From assembly GCA_963815115.1 (NCBI GenBank), contig CAWFFN010000007.1, positions 992,001 through 1,056,000 on the forward strand: a DNA stretch of 64,000 nt. The letters are read 5' to 3'. The notes beneath the pieces were generated by a model. It worked only from the letters and a program-made list of their open reading frames with translations. It searched no databases and was not told the origin of the DNA. Source of the DNA: an uncultured delta proteobacterium (GTDB lineage: Bacteria > Desulfobacterota > Binatia > DP-6). Shown here in pieces: positions 39,597 to 48,726 of the stretch (position 1 is its first letter; each line of letters starts with the position of its first letter). Made by a program: the position numbers and the translations under genes.

Positions 39597-40841
39597 TCAG
39601 CGCGCCGGCACGCGCCAGGCGACGCGCAGGTGGAGACCCCAGGCGGCGAGCAGCGCTGCCGGGTTCAGCGCGGTGACGGCGAGCCAGCTCGGGCTTCCGA
39701 CGGCCATCCCGGACGTCATGGTCCCGGTGGCCAGGTAGTTCGCGCCCGGGATCGCGATGAGCGCCAGGATGGCCCAGCGCAGCGAGGCGGGTGCGACGAC
39801 CCCACGACCCCAGCGTCCGGTCCCCAGCGCGACCGCCGGCTGCACCAGCAGCACGCCGTCGTAGGCCTGGTGGTAGCTTCCGATCAGCAGGGTGAGGCAG
39901 GCGAGTCCGACCGCGAGCTGCGTCGTGGGTACAGTGCGATCGCCCCGGAGCCGCCGCAGGCCGATGACGCCCGCTGCCGTCACCGCCAGCCCGAGCGCGA
40001 TCTCCATCCAGCCGTCCGGCACGCGGCCGAGGACACGCGCGAGCAGCGCGACGAGGTCGATGCGGGCGAAGCTCGACCAGGCGTTGCTCGTGCCCTCCGC
40101 GGAGAATGCCGCCGCGCTGCCTCCGACCGACGCCATGAACGGCCCCACGCCGCCCGCCGCGTGGGCCAGCGGCACCAGCGCAACCGCCGAGAGGGCGACC
40201 GACACGACCGCTCCGATGACCACCGCGGCGACGTCGCCGCGGCCGAGCAGCATCAGGATCGCCAGGGGCACGCCGTAGGTCGGCTTGAGCATGGCGAGCG
40301 CGAGGCCGAAGCCGGCGAGAAACGGCCGGGGGCGCGCCCAGCGCAGGGCCGCGTAGGTCCCGATCGCCACCTGCACCGCAACCTGGCCGAGCAGCAGGTT
40401 CATGTGCCCCGGACGCGACAGCAGGAGCACCGCCGTGAGCCCGAGGACGCCGGCCGCCGTGACCGCCAGCCCGCAGCCAGCGATGGCCATCGCCGCCAGG
40501 GCGGCCGTCAGGCCGACCACGACCACGAGGTAGAGATCGCCCGCCTGGGCATGCGGCAGGAGCCCGAACGGGAGGTGCGCGAGGAGGGTCAGCGGGAGAT
40601 AGGGCGGAAACGGCTGCCCGACGGGATAGGTGCGCGCCTGTGCCGGCTGGTCGTAGGGATTGCGACCATCGAGGAACGCCACCACCGGGTAGTAGACTGC
40701 ATCGCGGAAGTCCTGCAGGACCCAGCGCGCCGGCTCGACCCGCCCGGGGACATTGATGCGCGTCACGGCGCGCTGGGCCAGGACGGCGAGGACCACGGCC
40801 AGCGCGACTCCCGCCGCGACCGTCCGGGTCTGCGCAGTCAT
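39597..40841 (-). CDS. GT87 GT-C glycosyltransferase
   Basis: QDFRDAVYYP..GRNPY, PPYLP, NLLLGQ, LKP, YD. Confidence 0.85.
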   Translation of the reverse strand: MTAQTRTVAAGVALAVVLAVLAQRAVTRINVPGRVEPARWVLQDFRDAVYYPVVAFLDGRNPYDQPAQARTYPVGQPFPPYLPLTLLAHLPFGLLPHAQAGDLYLVVVVGLTAALAAMAIAGCGLAVTAAGVLGLTAVLLLSRPGHMNLLLGQVAVQVAIGTYAALRWARPRPFLAGFGLALAMLKPTYGVPLAILMLLGRGDVAAVVIGAVVSVALSAVALVPLAHAAGGVGPFMASVGGSAAAFSAEGTSNAWSSFARIDLVALLARVLGRVPDGWMEIALGLAVTAAGVIGLRRLRGDRTVPTTQLAVGLACLTLLIGSYHQAYDGVLLVQPAVALGTGRWGRGVVAPASLRWAILALIAIPGANYLATGTMTSGMAVGSPSWLAVTALNPAALLAAWGLHLRVAWRVPAR

Positions 40842-42337
40842 CCGCCGTCTCCCGCCCTGGCCTGGACGCTCGCCGCCTGCTCGAGGCAGTAGATGCGGAT
40901 GCCGCGCGTCTCGAAGGTGCCGCACGAGGCGAACCGCCGGCGCAGGTCGCCTTCGAGGGCACCGTCGGGATCCGACACCCAGGCTCGGCCGAAGACGTAG
41001 ATCGCACGTCCGTCCCGCCACGGGAGCCGCTCGGCCACCTCGTCCGCGGAGGTCGCGCTCACGACCGCCGGCGGCGCCGGGTAGTCGACGATCGGCCGCC
41101 CCGCCCAGTGGAAGCGCGCCAGATACGCCATCTCGCTCGAGGTCACGAGGAGCGGCTGCTCCGGCGCCACGTGCGCGTCGAGCCATGCCCCGGCGGCGAC
41201 GACGTCCTCGCGGCCATGGCCCGGTTCGGCGAGGTGGAGTGCGGTTCCCACCGCCAGCAGCAGCCCCACCGCGACGCCCGCCGCGGGTGCGAGCCGCGGC
41301 CAGCCGCCGCGCGCCGTCGCCCCGATCGCCAGCAGCACCAGGACGGCAGGCACGGTGGCCTGGAAGTAGCGTGGGTTCACCGGCGCCCCGGCGAGAAGGT
41401 GAACGGCGAACGGCGCCAGCAGCGCGGTGGTGAACGGCAGCATCAGCGTCAGCCGCGCGCGCCAGTCGAGCGCGCGCAGGGCGAGCATGGCGCAGGCCGC
41501 GAGCGCGGGGACGGCCGCCACGGCGATCGGCAGGTAGCGCAGCGCCGCCCGACTCCCCTCGGCGTGCAGCGCGAAGGTATCCGGCAGCAGGGTGTACCCC
41601 GCGACCAGCGACCACAGCGCTCCGGGCACCGCGAACCAGCCCAGCTCGTAGGTACCCCCGCCCCCGTGTCGTGCCACGAGGGCAGCCGCCAGGAGAGCGG
41701 CCGACGATCCCACGCTCGCCACCGCGGCGGCAGCGATCCAGGCGCGCAGCTCGCGCGGTCGGGCCGCGATGGCCGCGAGCACCGCACCTCCGAGGTAGAA
41801 CACCGCGTAGTAGTGCGTGGCGGCGAGGGCGAGCGCCGTGACGGCGAAGAGCGCGCCGAGGCGTTCGGTGCGCCCCGTCGTGAAGCGCGCCAGGGCCAGC
41901 AGGTTGGCCGCTGCCAGCGTCCCGACCAGCGCGTACATGCGCGCCTCCTGCCCGTGCTGCACCAGGAACGGCGACAGCGCCGCAAACCACGCCGTCCAGC
42001 GGGCCGCGCGACGGTCGGCGAGCGCGTCGGCCGCGGCCGCGGCGAGCGGGATCGCCGCCGCGCCGAGCACGGCGCTCGGCAGCCGGAGCGCCCAGGCCGA
42101 ATCACCCAGCAGGCCCCGCGCCAGCTTCGCCAGCACGAAATAGAGAGGCGGGTGATTGTCCGCCAGACAGAGGGCGAGCATGTCGCCCCACGACCGCCGC
42201 ACCCAGTCGGCCGTCATGACCTCGTCGAACCACAGCGGCGCCGTTCCGAGATGGAACAGGCGCAGCGCGAGGCCTACGAGAAGCGCTGCCAGGATCCACG
42301 TGTCCCGCAACGCCGCGTTGGTGCGGGGACTCGACAC
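40838..42337 (-). CDS. GT39/PMT_2-family GT-C glycosyltransferase (protein O-mannosyltransferase-like)
   Basis: LWFDE, DNHPPLYF, LRLPS, QEARMYAL, THYY. Confidence 0.88.
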   Translation of the reverse strand: MSSPRTNAALRDTWILAALLVGLALRLFHLGTAPLWFDEVMTADWVRRSWGDMLALCLADNHPPLYFVLAKLARGLLGDSAWALRLPSAVLGAAAIPLAAAAADALADRRAARWTAWFAALSPFLVQHGQEARMYALVGTLAAANLLALARFTTGRTERLGALFAVTALALAATHYYAVFYLGGAVLAAIAARPRELRAWIAAAAVASVGSSAALLAAALVARHGGGGTYELGWFAVPGALWSLVAGYTLLPDTFALHAEGSRAALRYLPIAVAAVPALAACAMLALRALDWRARLTLMLPFTTALLAPFAVHLLAGAPVNPRYFQATVPAVLVLLAIGATARGGWPRLAPAAGVAVGLLLAVGTALHLAEPGHGREDVVAAGAWLDAHVAPEQPLLVTSSEMAYLARFHWAGRPIVDYPAPPAVVSATSADEVAERLPWRDGRAIYVFGRAWVSDPDGALEGDLRRRFASCGTFETRGIRIYCLEQAASVQARAGDGG

Positions 42338-42386
42338 CGTCTCCTCAGTCGCCCCCGGGGCACGAGAGCATGCGTGGCGCGGACAT

Positions 42387-43169
42387 TCAGCGTCCCGACG
42401 CCGGCACGCGGGTGGCGGCAGTCCAGCGCGTCGCCCGCCGCAGCTGATAGCGGCCCAGCACCATGCCGAGCCGGACCCTGACCGGATCGAGGAAGGCGCG
42501 CGCTCCCTGTCCCAGCGTGACGGTCGAGCCGGGGCTGTTGCGCCAGCGCACCGGCACCTCCGCGATCGGCACGCCGAGACGCTGCGCGAGTGCCAGCACC
42601 TCGACGTCGAAGCCGAAGCGCTCGATCCGGGCACGGGCGAAGATCGGGCCGACCACGTCGGCGACGAAGAGCTTGAAGCCGCACTGCGTGTCGTGAATGC
42701 CGCGCACGGCGAACAGCTGCACCACGAAGTTGAAGAGGCGTCCCATCAGGCTACGCGCCAGCGACTGGCGCTCCTCGATGAGGGTCCGGTCGAGCGCGCG
42801 CGAGCCGATGGCGATTCCTGCGCCCTCGTCGAGGGCACGCTCGAGCTTCGGAAGCTCCTCGATGGGAGCGGACAGGTCGGCATCGGAGAAGAGCACGCGC
42901 GCACCGCGCGCCGCCAGCATGCCGCGCCGAACGCTGGCGCCCTTGCCCATGTTCTCGGGATTGCGGATCACGCGGCCTCGCTCCCCGATGGGAGCCAGTA
43001 TCTGCTCGGCCGCGGCGGCGGTCGCATCGCTCGAGCCGTCGTCGACCACGATGACCTCGTACTCCATGTCACGGGTCTCGAGATACGCGACGATCCGCTC
43101 GAGCGATGCCGGCAACCGGCCGGCCTCGTTGTACGCGGGAATGACGATCGAGAGCTTCGGGGAACTCAT
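42387..43169 (-). CDS. Dolichyl/polyprenyl-phosphate beta-glucosyltransferase (ALG5-like GT2)
   Basis: SIVIPAYNE.GRL, N.GKG.SVR.G, FSDADLS, DTQCGFKLF, FDVEVL. Confidence 0.9.
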   Translation of the reverse strand: MSSPKLSIVIPAYNEAGRLPASLERIVAYLETRDMEYEVIVVDDGSSDATAAAAEQILAPIGERGRVIRNPENMGKGASVRRGMLAARGARVLFSDADLSAPIEELPKLERALDEGAGIAIGSRALDRTLIEERQSLARSLMGRLFNFVVQLFAVRGIHDTQCGFKLFVADVVGPIFARARIERFGFDVEVLALAQRLGVPIAEVPVRWRNSPGSTVTLGQGARAFLDPVRVRLGMVLGRYQLRRATRWTAATRVPASGR

Positions 43170-44296
43170 CAGGATCCTCCGGTGGAGGTGACGGGCCACA
43201 CGGGCCCGGTGGGGCACGGCGTCGTTGCCATGCGGGCGGACGCCCGGCGCGGTTTGCGCGCGAGCGCGGGAGCTTCGATGAAGTGCCACGACAGCGCGGC
43301 GAGGACGAGCGTCGGCACGAAGGCGAGGGCGAAGAAGCGCGGCATGGAGATGCCGGTCCCCGCGGCCTGCACGATGGCCTGCTGGATCGGATAGGCGAAG
43401 ACGTAGAGGCCGTAGGAGAAGTCGCCGTACCGTCCGAATCCCTGGAGCGGCAGCGCGCGCCAGCAGCCCAGGAACAGGAGCAGGTAGGTCCCCGCGACGG
43501 GGAAGATCAGGCGTACGCCTCCGACCAGGGCGGCGGCGACGAGCGCCGCCGCGGCGCCGGCCGCGAGCAGCGCGCTGAACGGCACGCGGGCACGCAGGGC
43601 GTACAGCGCGCTGCCGGCGAAGAAGCATCCGACGAGTTCGAGCAGGGTCGTCGCGACGCTCGTGACCGGGAGGCCGAGCAGCGTCAGCAGGACCTGGCCC
43701 GCCAGCGCTCCTCCGAGGAGCAGCGGGCTGACGATGGTCCAGCGCGCGCCGAGCCACGCGCCCACCACGGCGACGAGGCCGTAGCAGAAGATCTCGTAGC
43801 GCAGCGACCAGAGCGAGGCGTTGAGCTGGTGCGGCACCGGGTTGTCGCCGAACAGCAGCGGCGAGGCGAGATGGCGGTGGAGCGCGATGCCGCCGAAGTG
43901 CGCCCAGGTGCTGCGTGCTTCGAGGTAGTCGAGCACGGAGCCGGAGGTCGCGAGCGGCCCCACGATGAGCGCGCCGAAGACGAGCGCGGCGAGCAACGCC
44001 GGGACCAGCCGGAGCGCGCGCTTCACGGCGAACCCACGCAGGTCGGGATCGCCGTCCCAGCTCTGCGTGATGAGAAATCCGCTCAGCACGAAGAACGCCT
44101 GGACCGCGAGGCTGCCGGCGTCGATCTGGCGGGTGAACGCGAACACCGGGTCCATCGAACGGCCAGCCAGGGCGTAGCAGTGCGACCAGATCACCGCGGT
44201 CGCCAGGCCGACGCGCAGGACGTCGAAGTTGTTGCGCCGCCGGTCGTAGGCGTTGGCGAATGACGGCAGGGCCGCCGATGAATTGTGTACAGACAT
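43169..44296 (-). CDS. Acyltransferase_3 family membrane O-acyltransferase
   Basis: NNFDVLR..LA.AV..SH, FFVLSGFLI, NASLWSL.YE, DFSYGLYV.AYP.QQ. Confidence 0.9.
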   Translation of the reverse strand: MSVHNSSAALPSFANAYDRRRNNFDVLRVGLATAVIWSHCYALAGRSMDPVFAFTRQIDAGSLAVQAFFVLSGFLITQSWDGDPDLRGFAVKRALRLVPALLAALVFGALIVGPLATSGSVLDYLEARSTWAHFGGIALHRHLASPLLFGDNPVPHQLNASLWSLRYEIFCYGLVAVVGAWLGARWTIVSPLLLGGALAGQVLLTLLGLPVTSVATTLLELVGCFFAGSALYALRARVPFSALLAAGAAAALVAAALVGGVRLIFPVAGTYLLLFLGCWRALPLQGFGRYGDFSYGLYVFAYPIQQAIVQAAGTGISMPRFFALAFVPTLVLAALSWHFIEAPALARKPRRASARMATTPCPTGPVWPVTSTGGS

Positions 44297-44493
44297 CGTG
44301 GAATGAGTGATTTCCCTCGTAAAACTAGTACCTTCGTCCCGCTTGCCCGGTTCGGGTGGATCGACTACGAGGGGCGGCCGGCCACCATGTAAGCGACGTA
44401 CCGAGGGCACGGCTTGCGTCAGGCCCTGTCCGCCGCGGCCGAGCACCGTCCACGTACTCTGCAAACCCACAGATCTGATGGAGATTCCCGCCG

Positions 44494-46515
44494 ATGAGCC
44501 CACGCCGACCGCCTGCCTTCGCCGCCCCTGCCCTGCTCGCGAGCGTGCTGCTGCTCGGTACCAGCGCCCTCGCCGCGCCGCTGCGCACCCTGTGGGTCGA
44601 TCACGACTCCAAGGGCGGGCACTGCAGCGACGGCTACTCGGCCAGCGATAACGCGGCTGCCAACGGGTCGAAGCCCTGGTGCACGCTGGGCGCGGCGGGA
44701 AAGGCCGCGCGCGCGGGCGATCTCGTGACCGTGCGGGGCGGGACCTACGCGGAGCCGATGGCGTGCGGCGGTGTCCCCGGCTGTGCGGGAATGTGCGTGC
44801 TGGAGCTGGTGAAGAAGGGGACCGCCGCCAATCCCATCACCTATCGCGCCTATCCCGGCGAGGTACCGACGATCGATCCTGCCGGCCAGGTTCCGAAGAG
44901 CGGCTCGGTGCCCGGCCTCGTGAATGGCGTCTGCGCCGGCATCAGCACCCCGGTGGGCATCTGCAAGGGAGGCTCCCGCGCGGGCCAGGACTGCACCAGC
45001 GACGACACCAACGCGAGCAGCGGGTGTCCCGGCACGTCCTGTCCCAAGTGCTGCGATCGGGGGCCGAGCTACCAGACCGTCATCGACGGCTTCCGGTTCC
45101 AGAACTGGAGTTTCACCGACACCAATCCGAGCTCGAGCAACACGAGCCACATCGCGTCGCAGTACGCCTTCTTCATCAACTGGGGCCTGGGCTCCCCGAC
45201 CGACATCACCATTCGCAACTCCGAGTTCGCGAACAACAACGGTGGTGGAGTGCTGCACGCCCACGGCACCGCGCGCGTCACCTTCGAGTACAACAAGGTG
45301 CACGACAACTGGACGCACGGCTGGACGTCGGCGGTGAACTTCTGGAACGCGGTCGGCAAGAACGAGGGCGCCAACGTGATTCGCGGCAACGTCATCTGGA
45401 ACAACCAGGACGATCCGCCGATCTGGTGCCTGCCCAGCTACTGCGGCGGCCCCACCTCGAACAGGAACGCCTGCGCCTGGGATCGGTACACCAACACGCA
45501 CCTCTCGACGGCCCAGGGCTACGGCTGCGCGTGCGGAGCGGACGCCGACTGCCAGAGCAACAAGTGCGTCGCGCGCGACTGCAGCGCCGCCAAGGGCGGC
45601 TGCGAGTGCGCCGGCGACACCGAGGGGCACGGCGTCATCCTCGACGTCGCGAAGGGCACCTGCACGCCCACCAACCAGCCCACCGCGACCTGCGGCTGGC
45701 TGCAGGATCCGGCGTGCACGGACGGCTGCACCGGAGCCGGCAAGCCGTACGCCTGCTGCACGGGCAAGGGCGCCGGCAACTGCTGCAACCAGGGCGACGC
45801 CGGCAACTTCGTGATCGAGAGCAACGTCTTCTACAACAACGAGGGCAACTGCATCGACCTGTTCAAGTCGGGCGGCGCCGCGGTCCGCAACAACACGTGC
45901 TGGAAGAACCAGCGCCGGCCGAGCGGCGGCGAGATCACCGCCTTCACGAATCGCTCGTCGATCTTCAACAACGTGGTCGTGCCGCGCAGCGAGAGCACCT
46001 GCTGGCAGTCCGCCAACCAGGGCGTCGACTGCACCAGCAACCCCGGCGTCTGCCAGGGAGGGATCTGCAACGACAAGTGGGCGCTGGCGCTCTACTCCAG
46101 CAGCGGCATCTTCCCCATCGATCCGACCACCAACAGCGAGGGCTACAACCTGCTGTGGTCGCCGACCACCCAGGAGATCGTGCAGTTCGCCGGGGGGTCC
46201 CGCGGAACCGTCCAGGAGTTTGTCAATGCCATGCAGCCACAGTACGGATACGGCGTGCAGGACCTCCAGAAGGACCCGCTGCTCGTGAATCCGACCGGGA
46301 ATCCTCCGGACTTCCGGCTCCAGGCCGGGTCCCCGGCCGCGGGATCGGGTAACTCCTCTCATCTGGCACCAGCCGACGTCACGGGAGCGTCGCGTTCACG
46401 GGCCGACCGGGGCGCTTACTCGCTGGGCGCCGGGGCGCCCCCGACGACGACCACGACGCAGCCGCCGACCGGAGCGCCGGCGCCGCCCACCCTGCTGCGT
46501 GTCGAGCCCCAGTAG
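44494..46515 (+). CDS. Secreted right-handed parallel beta-helix protein (polysaccharide lyase/hydrolase-like) with Cys-rich insertions
   Basis: Signal peptide; PWCT, AGD.V.VRGGTY, GTAANPITYRAYPGE; IRNS/IRGN/IESN/VRNN strands; DFRLQAGSPA..G and DRGAY. Confidence 0.8.
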   Translation: MSPRRPPAFAAPALLASVLLLGTSALAAPLRTLWVDHDSKGGHCSDGYSASDNAAANGSKPWCTLGAAGKAARAGDLVTVRGGTYAEPMACGGVPGCAGMCVLELVKKGTAANPITYRAYPGEVPTIDPAGQVPKSGSVPGLVNGVCAGISTPVGICKGGSRAGQDCTSDDTNASSGCPGTSCPKCCDRGPSYQTVIDGFRFQNWSFTDTNPSSSNTSHIASQYAFFINWGLGSPTDITIRNSEFANNNGGGVLHAHGTARVTFEYNKVHDNWTHGWTSAVNFWNAVGKNEGANVIRGNVIWNNQDDPPIWCLPSYCGGPTSNRNACAWDRYTNTHLSTAQGYGCACGADADCQSNKCVARDCSAAKGGCECAGDTEGHGVILDVAKGTCTPTNQPTATCGWLQDPACTDGCTGAGKPYACCTGKGAGNCCNQGDAGNFVIESNVFYNNEGNCIDLFKSGGAAVRNNTCWKNQRRPSGGEITAFTNRSSIFNNVVVPRSESTCWQSANQGVDCTSNPGVCQGGICNDKWALALYSSSGIFPIDPTTNSEGYNLLWSPTTQEIVQFAGGSRGTVQEFVNAMQPQYGYGVQDLQKDPLLVNPTGNPPDFRLQAGSPAAGSGNSSHLAPADVTGASRSRADRGAYSLGAGAPPTTTTTQPPTGAPAPPTLLRVEPQ

Positions 46516-47842
46516 CCCGGCACGCGCGGCCACCGAGGCGAGCGCGGCGGAGCGGCCGCGCATCGCCTACATGACCGGGGAGTACCTGCGGCTCTCCCCC
46601 TTCGTGTTCATCCATCGCGAGGTGGCCGCCCTGCGCCAGCAGGGCTTCCACGTCGAGACCTTCACCATCCGCGGCCTGTCCGATCCGGGCGAGGCCGTGA
46701 ACGACGTCCAGCGCGAGGAAGCGAAGAGCACCTTCGCCGTCCTGCCGCCGTCTCTCGGCCGCCTCCTCGGCTCCCACGCCGCGCTCCTCACCCGCTCGCC
46801 CGAGCGCTGGTGGCGCGCCCTCCGGCTGGCGTGGGCGACGCGGCCGCCCGGGCCGGCAGCGCTCTTCCGCCAGCTCGCCTACTTCGCGGAGGCCGGCATC
46901 GTCGCCGAGCGCATGCGCGAGCGCGGCCTGGTCCATCTGCACAATCACTTCGCCAGCTCGAGCGGCACGGTGGCCATGCTCGCCGCCGAGCTCGGGGGCT
47001 TCACCTTCAGCATCTCGGAGCACGGACCGGACATCTTCTACGCGCCGGAGTGGTGGCGGCTCGACGCCAAGTTCTCGCGCGCCCTCTTCGTCGCCTGCAT
47101 CAGTCATTTCTGCCGCAGCCAGGTGCTCATCTGGACACCGGTGGAACGCTGGCACCGCGTGCACATCGTGCATTGCGGCGTCGATCCGGCCGAGTTCGTG
47201 CCGCGTCCGCACGGCGGCCGGGGCCGCCGGCTGCTCTTCACCGGGCGTCTGGCCGGCGTGAAGGGCGTGCCGATCCTCCTCGAGACGCTCGCCCGCCTGC
47301 GCGAGCGCGACCCCGGCCTCGAGCTGACGCTCGCGGGTGACGGACCCGACCGCGCGAAGCTGGAAGAGGAGGCGCGCCGGCTCGGCGTCGCCGATGGCGT
47401 TCACTTCCTCGGCTATCAATCGTCCGCCCAGGTGCGATCCTTGCTGCAGGAGACCGACGTCTTCGTGCTCCCGAGCTTCGCCGAGGGCGTACCGGTGGTG
47501 CTGATGGAGGCGATGGCGTCCGGCGTGCCGGTGGTGGCAACGCAGGTCGCGGGCGTCTCCGAGCTGGTCGAGGACGGCGTCTCGGGCTTCGTCGTCCCCC
47601 CCGGCGACGTCGACGCGCTCGCCGGGGCGATCGCCAGGCTGCTCGACGACTCCGAGCTGCGCGGCCGCTTCGGTGCCGCGGGGCGCCGCGCCGTCGAGCG
47701 CGAGTTCGACGTGGGGCGCGAGGCCGGCTGGCTCGGCGAGGTCATCTCGTCGGCGCTCGAGGGAGTCGTGCTGCCGTTGCGTCCGACGATGGCCAGCGCC
47801 GCGCTGCCCGAGAACGCGCCGCGCACCTGGCCGATGCCGTAG
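46499..47842 (+). CDS. GT4 glycosyltransferase
   Basis: HLHNHF, HGPDIF, GRL.GVKG, PSFAEGVPVVLMEAMA. Confidence 0.9.
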   Translation: MSSPSSPARAATEASAAERPRIAYMTGEYLRLSPFVFIHREVAALRQQGFHVETFTIRGLSDPGEAVNDVQREEAKSTFAVLPPSLGRLLGSHAALLTRSPERWWRALRLAWATRPPGPAALFRQLAYFAEAGIVAERMRERGLVHLHNHFASSSGTVAMLAAELGGFTFSISEHGPDIFYAPEWWRLDAKFSRALFVACISHFCRSQVLIWTPVERWHRVHIVHCGVDPAEFVPRPHGGRGRRLLFTGRLAGVKGVPILLETLARLRERDPGLELTLAGDGPDRAKLEEEARRLGVADGVHFLGYQSSAQVRSLLQETDVFVLPSFAEGVPVVLMEAMASGVPVVATQVAGVSELVEDGVSGFVVPPGDVDALAGAIARLLDDSELRGRFGAAGRRAVEREFDVGREAGWLGEVISSALEGVVLPLRPTMASAALPENAPRTWPMP

Positions 47843-48726
47843 GCGAGCACCCCCGGCACGATGAGCGGCAGCGCGCGAACGAGAGCGAGCAGCTGCCACG
47901 GGCACCAGCGCGCCAGGCGGAAGACGATCTTGGCGAGCTTCGCCAGCGGCGCCACCGGCAGGAGGGCCAGAAAGAGAAGCATCGAGGTCGAGTCCGCGAA
48001 CGGGACCACGCGGCGCGCCATGGCGGTGTACTTCCCGAGCAGCATCTGGTTGCGCAGGTAGGGCCGGAGGCGGCGGCGGTTGTCGTGGAACACGCACATG
48101 GCGGGCGAGAACAGGATGCGGCCGCCGGCCATGGCGACACGGCGCGAGAAGATCAGGTCCTCGGCCGCCCGGATCTCGACGAAGGGACCGAAGCGCGCGT
48201 ACGCCGACCGTCGCATGACCAGGTTGCCCGAGAGCGCGAACCACATCTGGCGCCGCGGGGTCTCGCGCAGGAACTCGCTGAACATGAGCAGCTGCTCCGC
48301 CCGGCTGACCGCCGAGTCGCGGTTGGCGTTGCCGATCGAGCCGCAGATCAGATCGCTCCCGGACTCGGCCGCGCGCACGACCTCGTCGATCCAGTCGGAT
48401 GCCGCGTAGGCATCGCTGTCGATGAACGCCAGGATCTCCCCGCGCGCGGCCGCGACGCCCGCGGCGCGGGCGCGAGCCGCCAGCGCGCGCTCCGGCAGCT
48501 GGATGGTGCGGGCCTCGGGGAGCTCGCGCGCTGCCTCGGCGCAGGTGTCGTCCTCGCCCGAGTGCACGACGATCACCTCGAAGAGCTGGCGCGTCTGCTG
48601 AACCGCGAGCGCGGCCATGCACTTGCCGATGGTGCGCGCCGAGTTGAGGGCCGGAACGATGACGGACACGAGCGGTGTCCGGGCTTCGCTCTCGCTCACG
48701 ATGTGCATCGACATCACCGGCCTCAT
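47416..48726 (-). CDS. GT2 glycosyltransferase with an extended C-terminal tail antisense to the GT4 gene
   Basis: VSVIVPA, FIDSD, AEDL; C-terminal TMs end near 47815 and the frame stays open to 47416. Confidence 0.8.
   Translation of the reverse strand: MRPVMSMHIVSESEARTPLVSVIVPALNSARTIGKCMAALAVQQTRQLFEVIVVHSGEDDTCAEAARELPEARTIQLPERALAARARAAGVAAARGEILAFIDSDAYAASDWIDEVVRAAESGSDLICGSIGNANRDSAVSRAEQLLMFSEFLRETPRRQMWFALSGNLVMRRSAYARFGPFVEIRAAEDLIFSRRVAMAGGRILFSPAMCVFHDNRRRLRPYLRNQMLLGKYTAMARRVVPFADSTSMLLFLALLPVAPLAKLAKIVFRLARWCPWQLLALVRALPLIVPGVLAYGIGQVRGAFSGSAALAIVGRNGSTTPSSADEMTSPSQPASRPTSNSRSTARRPAAPKRPRSSESSSSLAIAPASASTSPGGTTKPETPSSTSSETPATCVATTGTPDAIASISTTGTPSAKLGSTKTSVSCSKDRTWADD

Noticed and set aside
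37437-40892. 1151-aa plus-strand ORF and many other long overlapping ORFs (e.g. 28..1554, 7507..9630, 22486..24519, 52808..54943, 57726..60341)
   Set aside because: Arg/Ala/Pro-rich shadow frames of real genes, expected in high-GC DNA; no family motifs.
35728-41007. 1759-aa ORF as a single giant protein
   Set aside because: Only 35728-37305 looks like protein; the upstream part is an off-frame read through the AT3-SGNH and GT87 genes.
44404-44420. Sigma54-like GGCACGGCTTGC upstream of the beta-helix gene (similar near-matches at about 855, 9670 and 34490)
   Set aside because: GG-to-GC spacing is not the required 10 nt.
6442-46515. PEP-CTERM/exosortase system
   Set aside because: None of the secreted proteins ends in PEP-TM-basic residues and no exosortase gene is present in the window.
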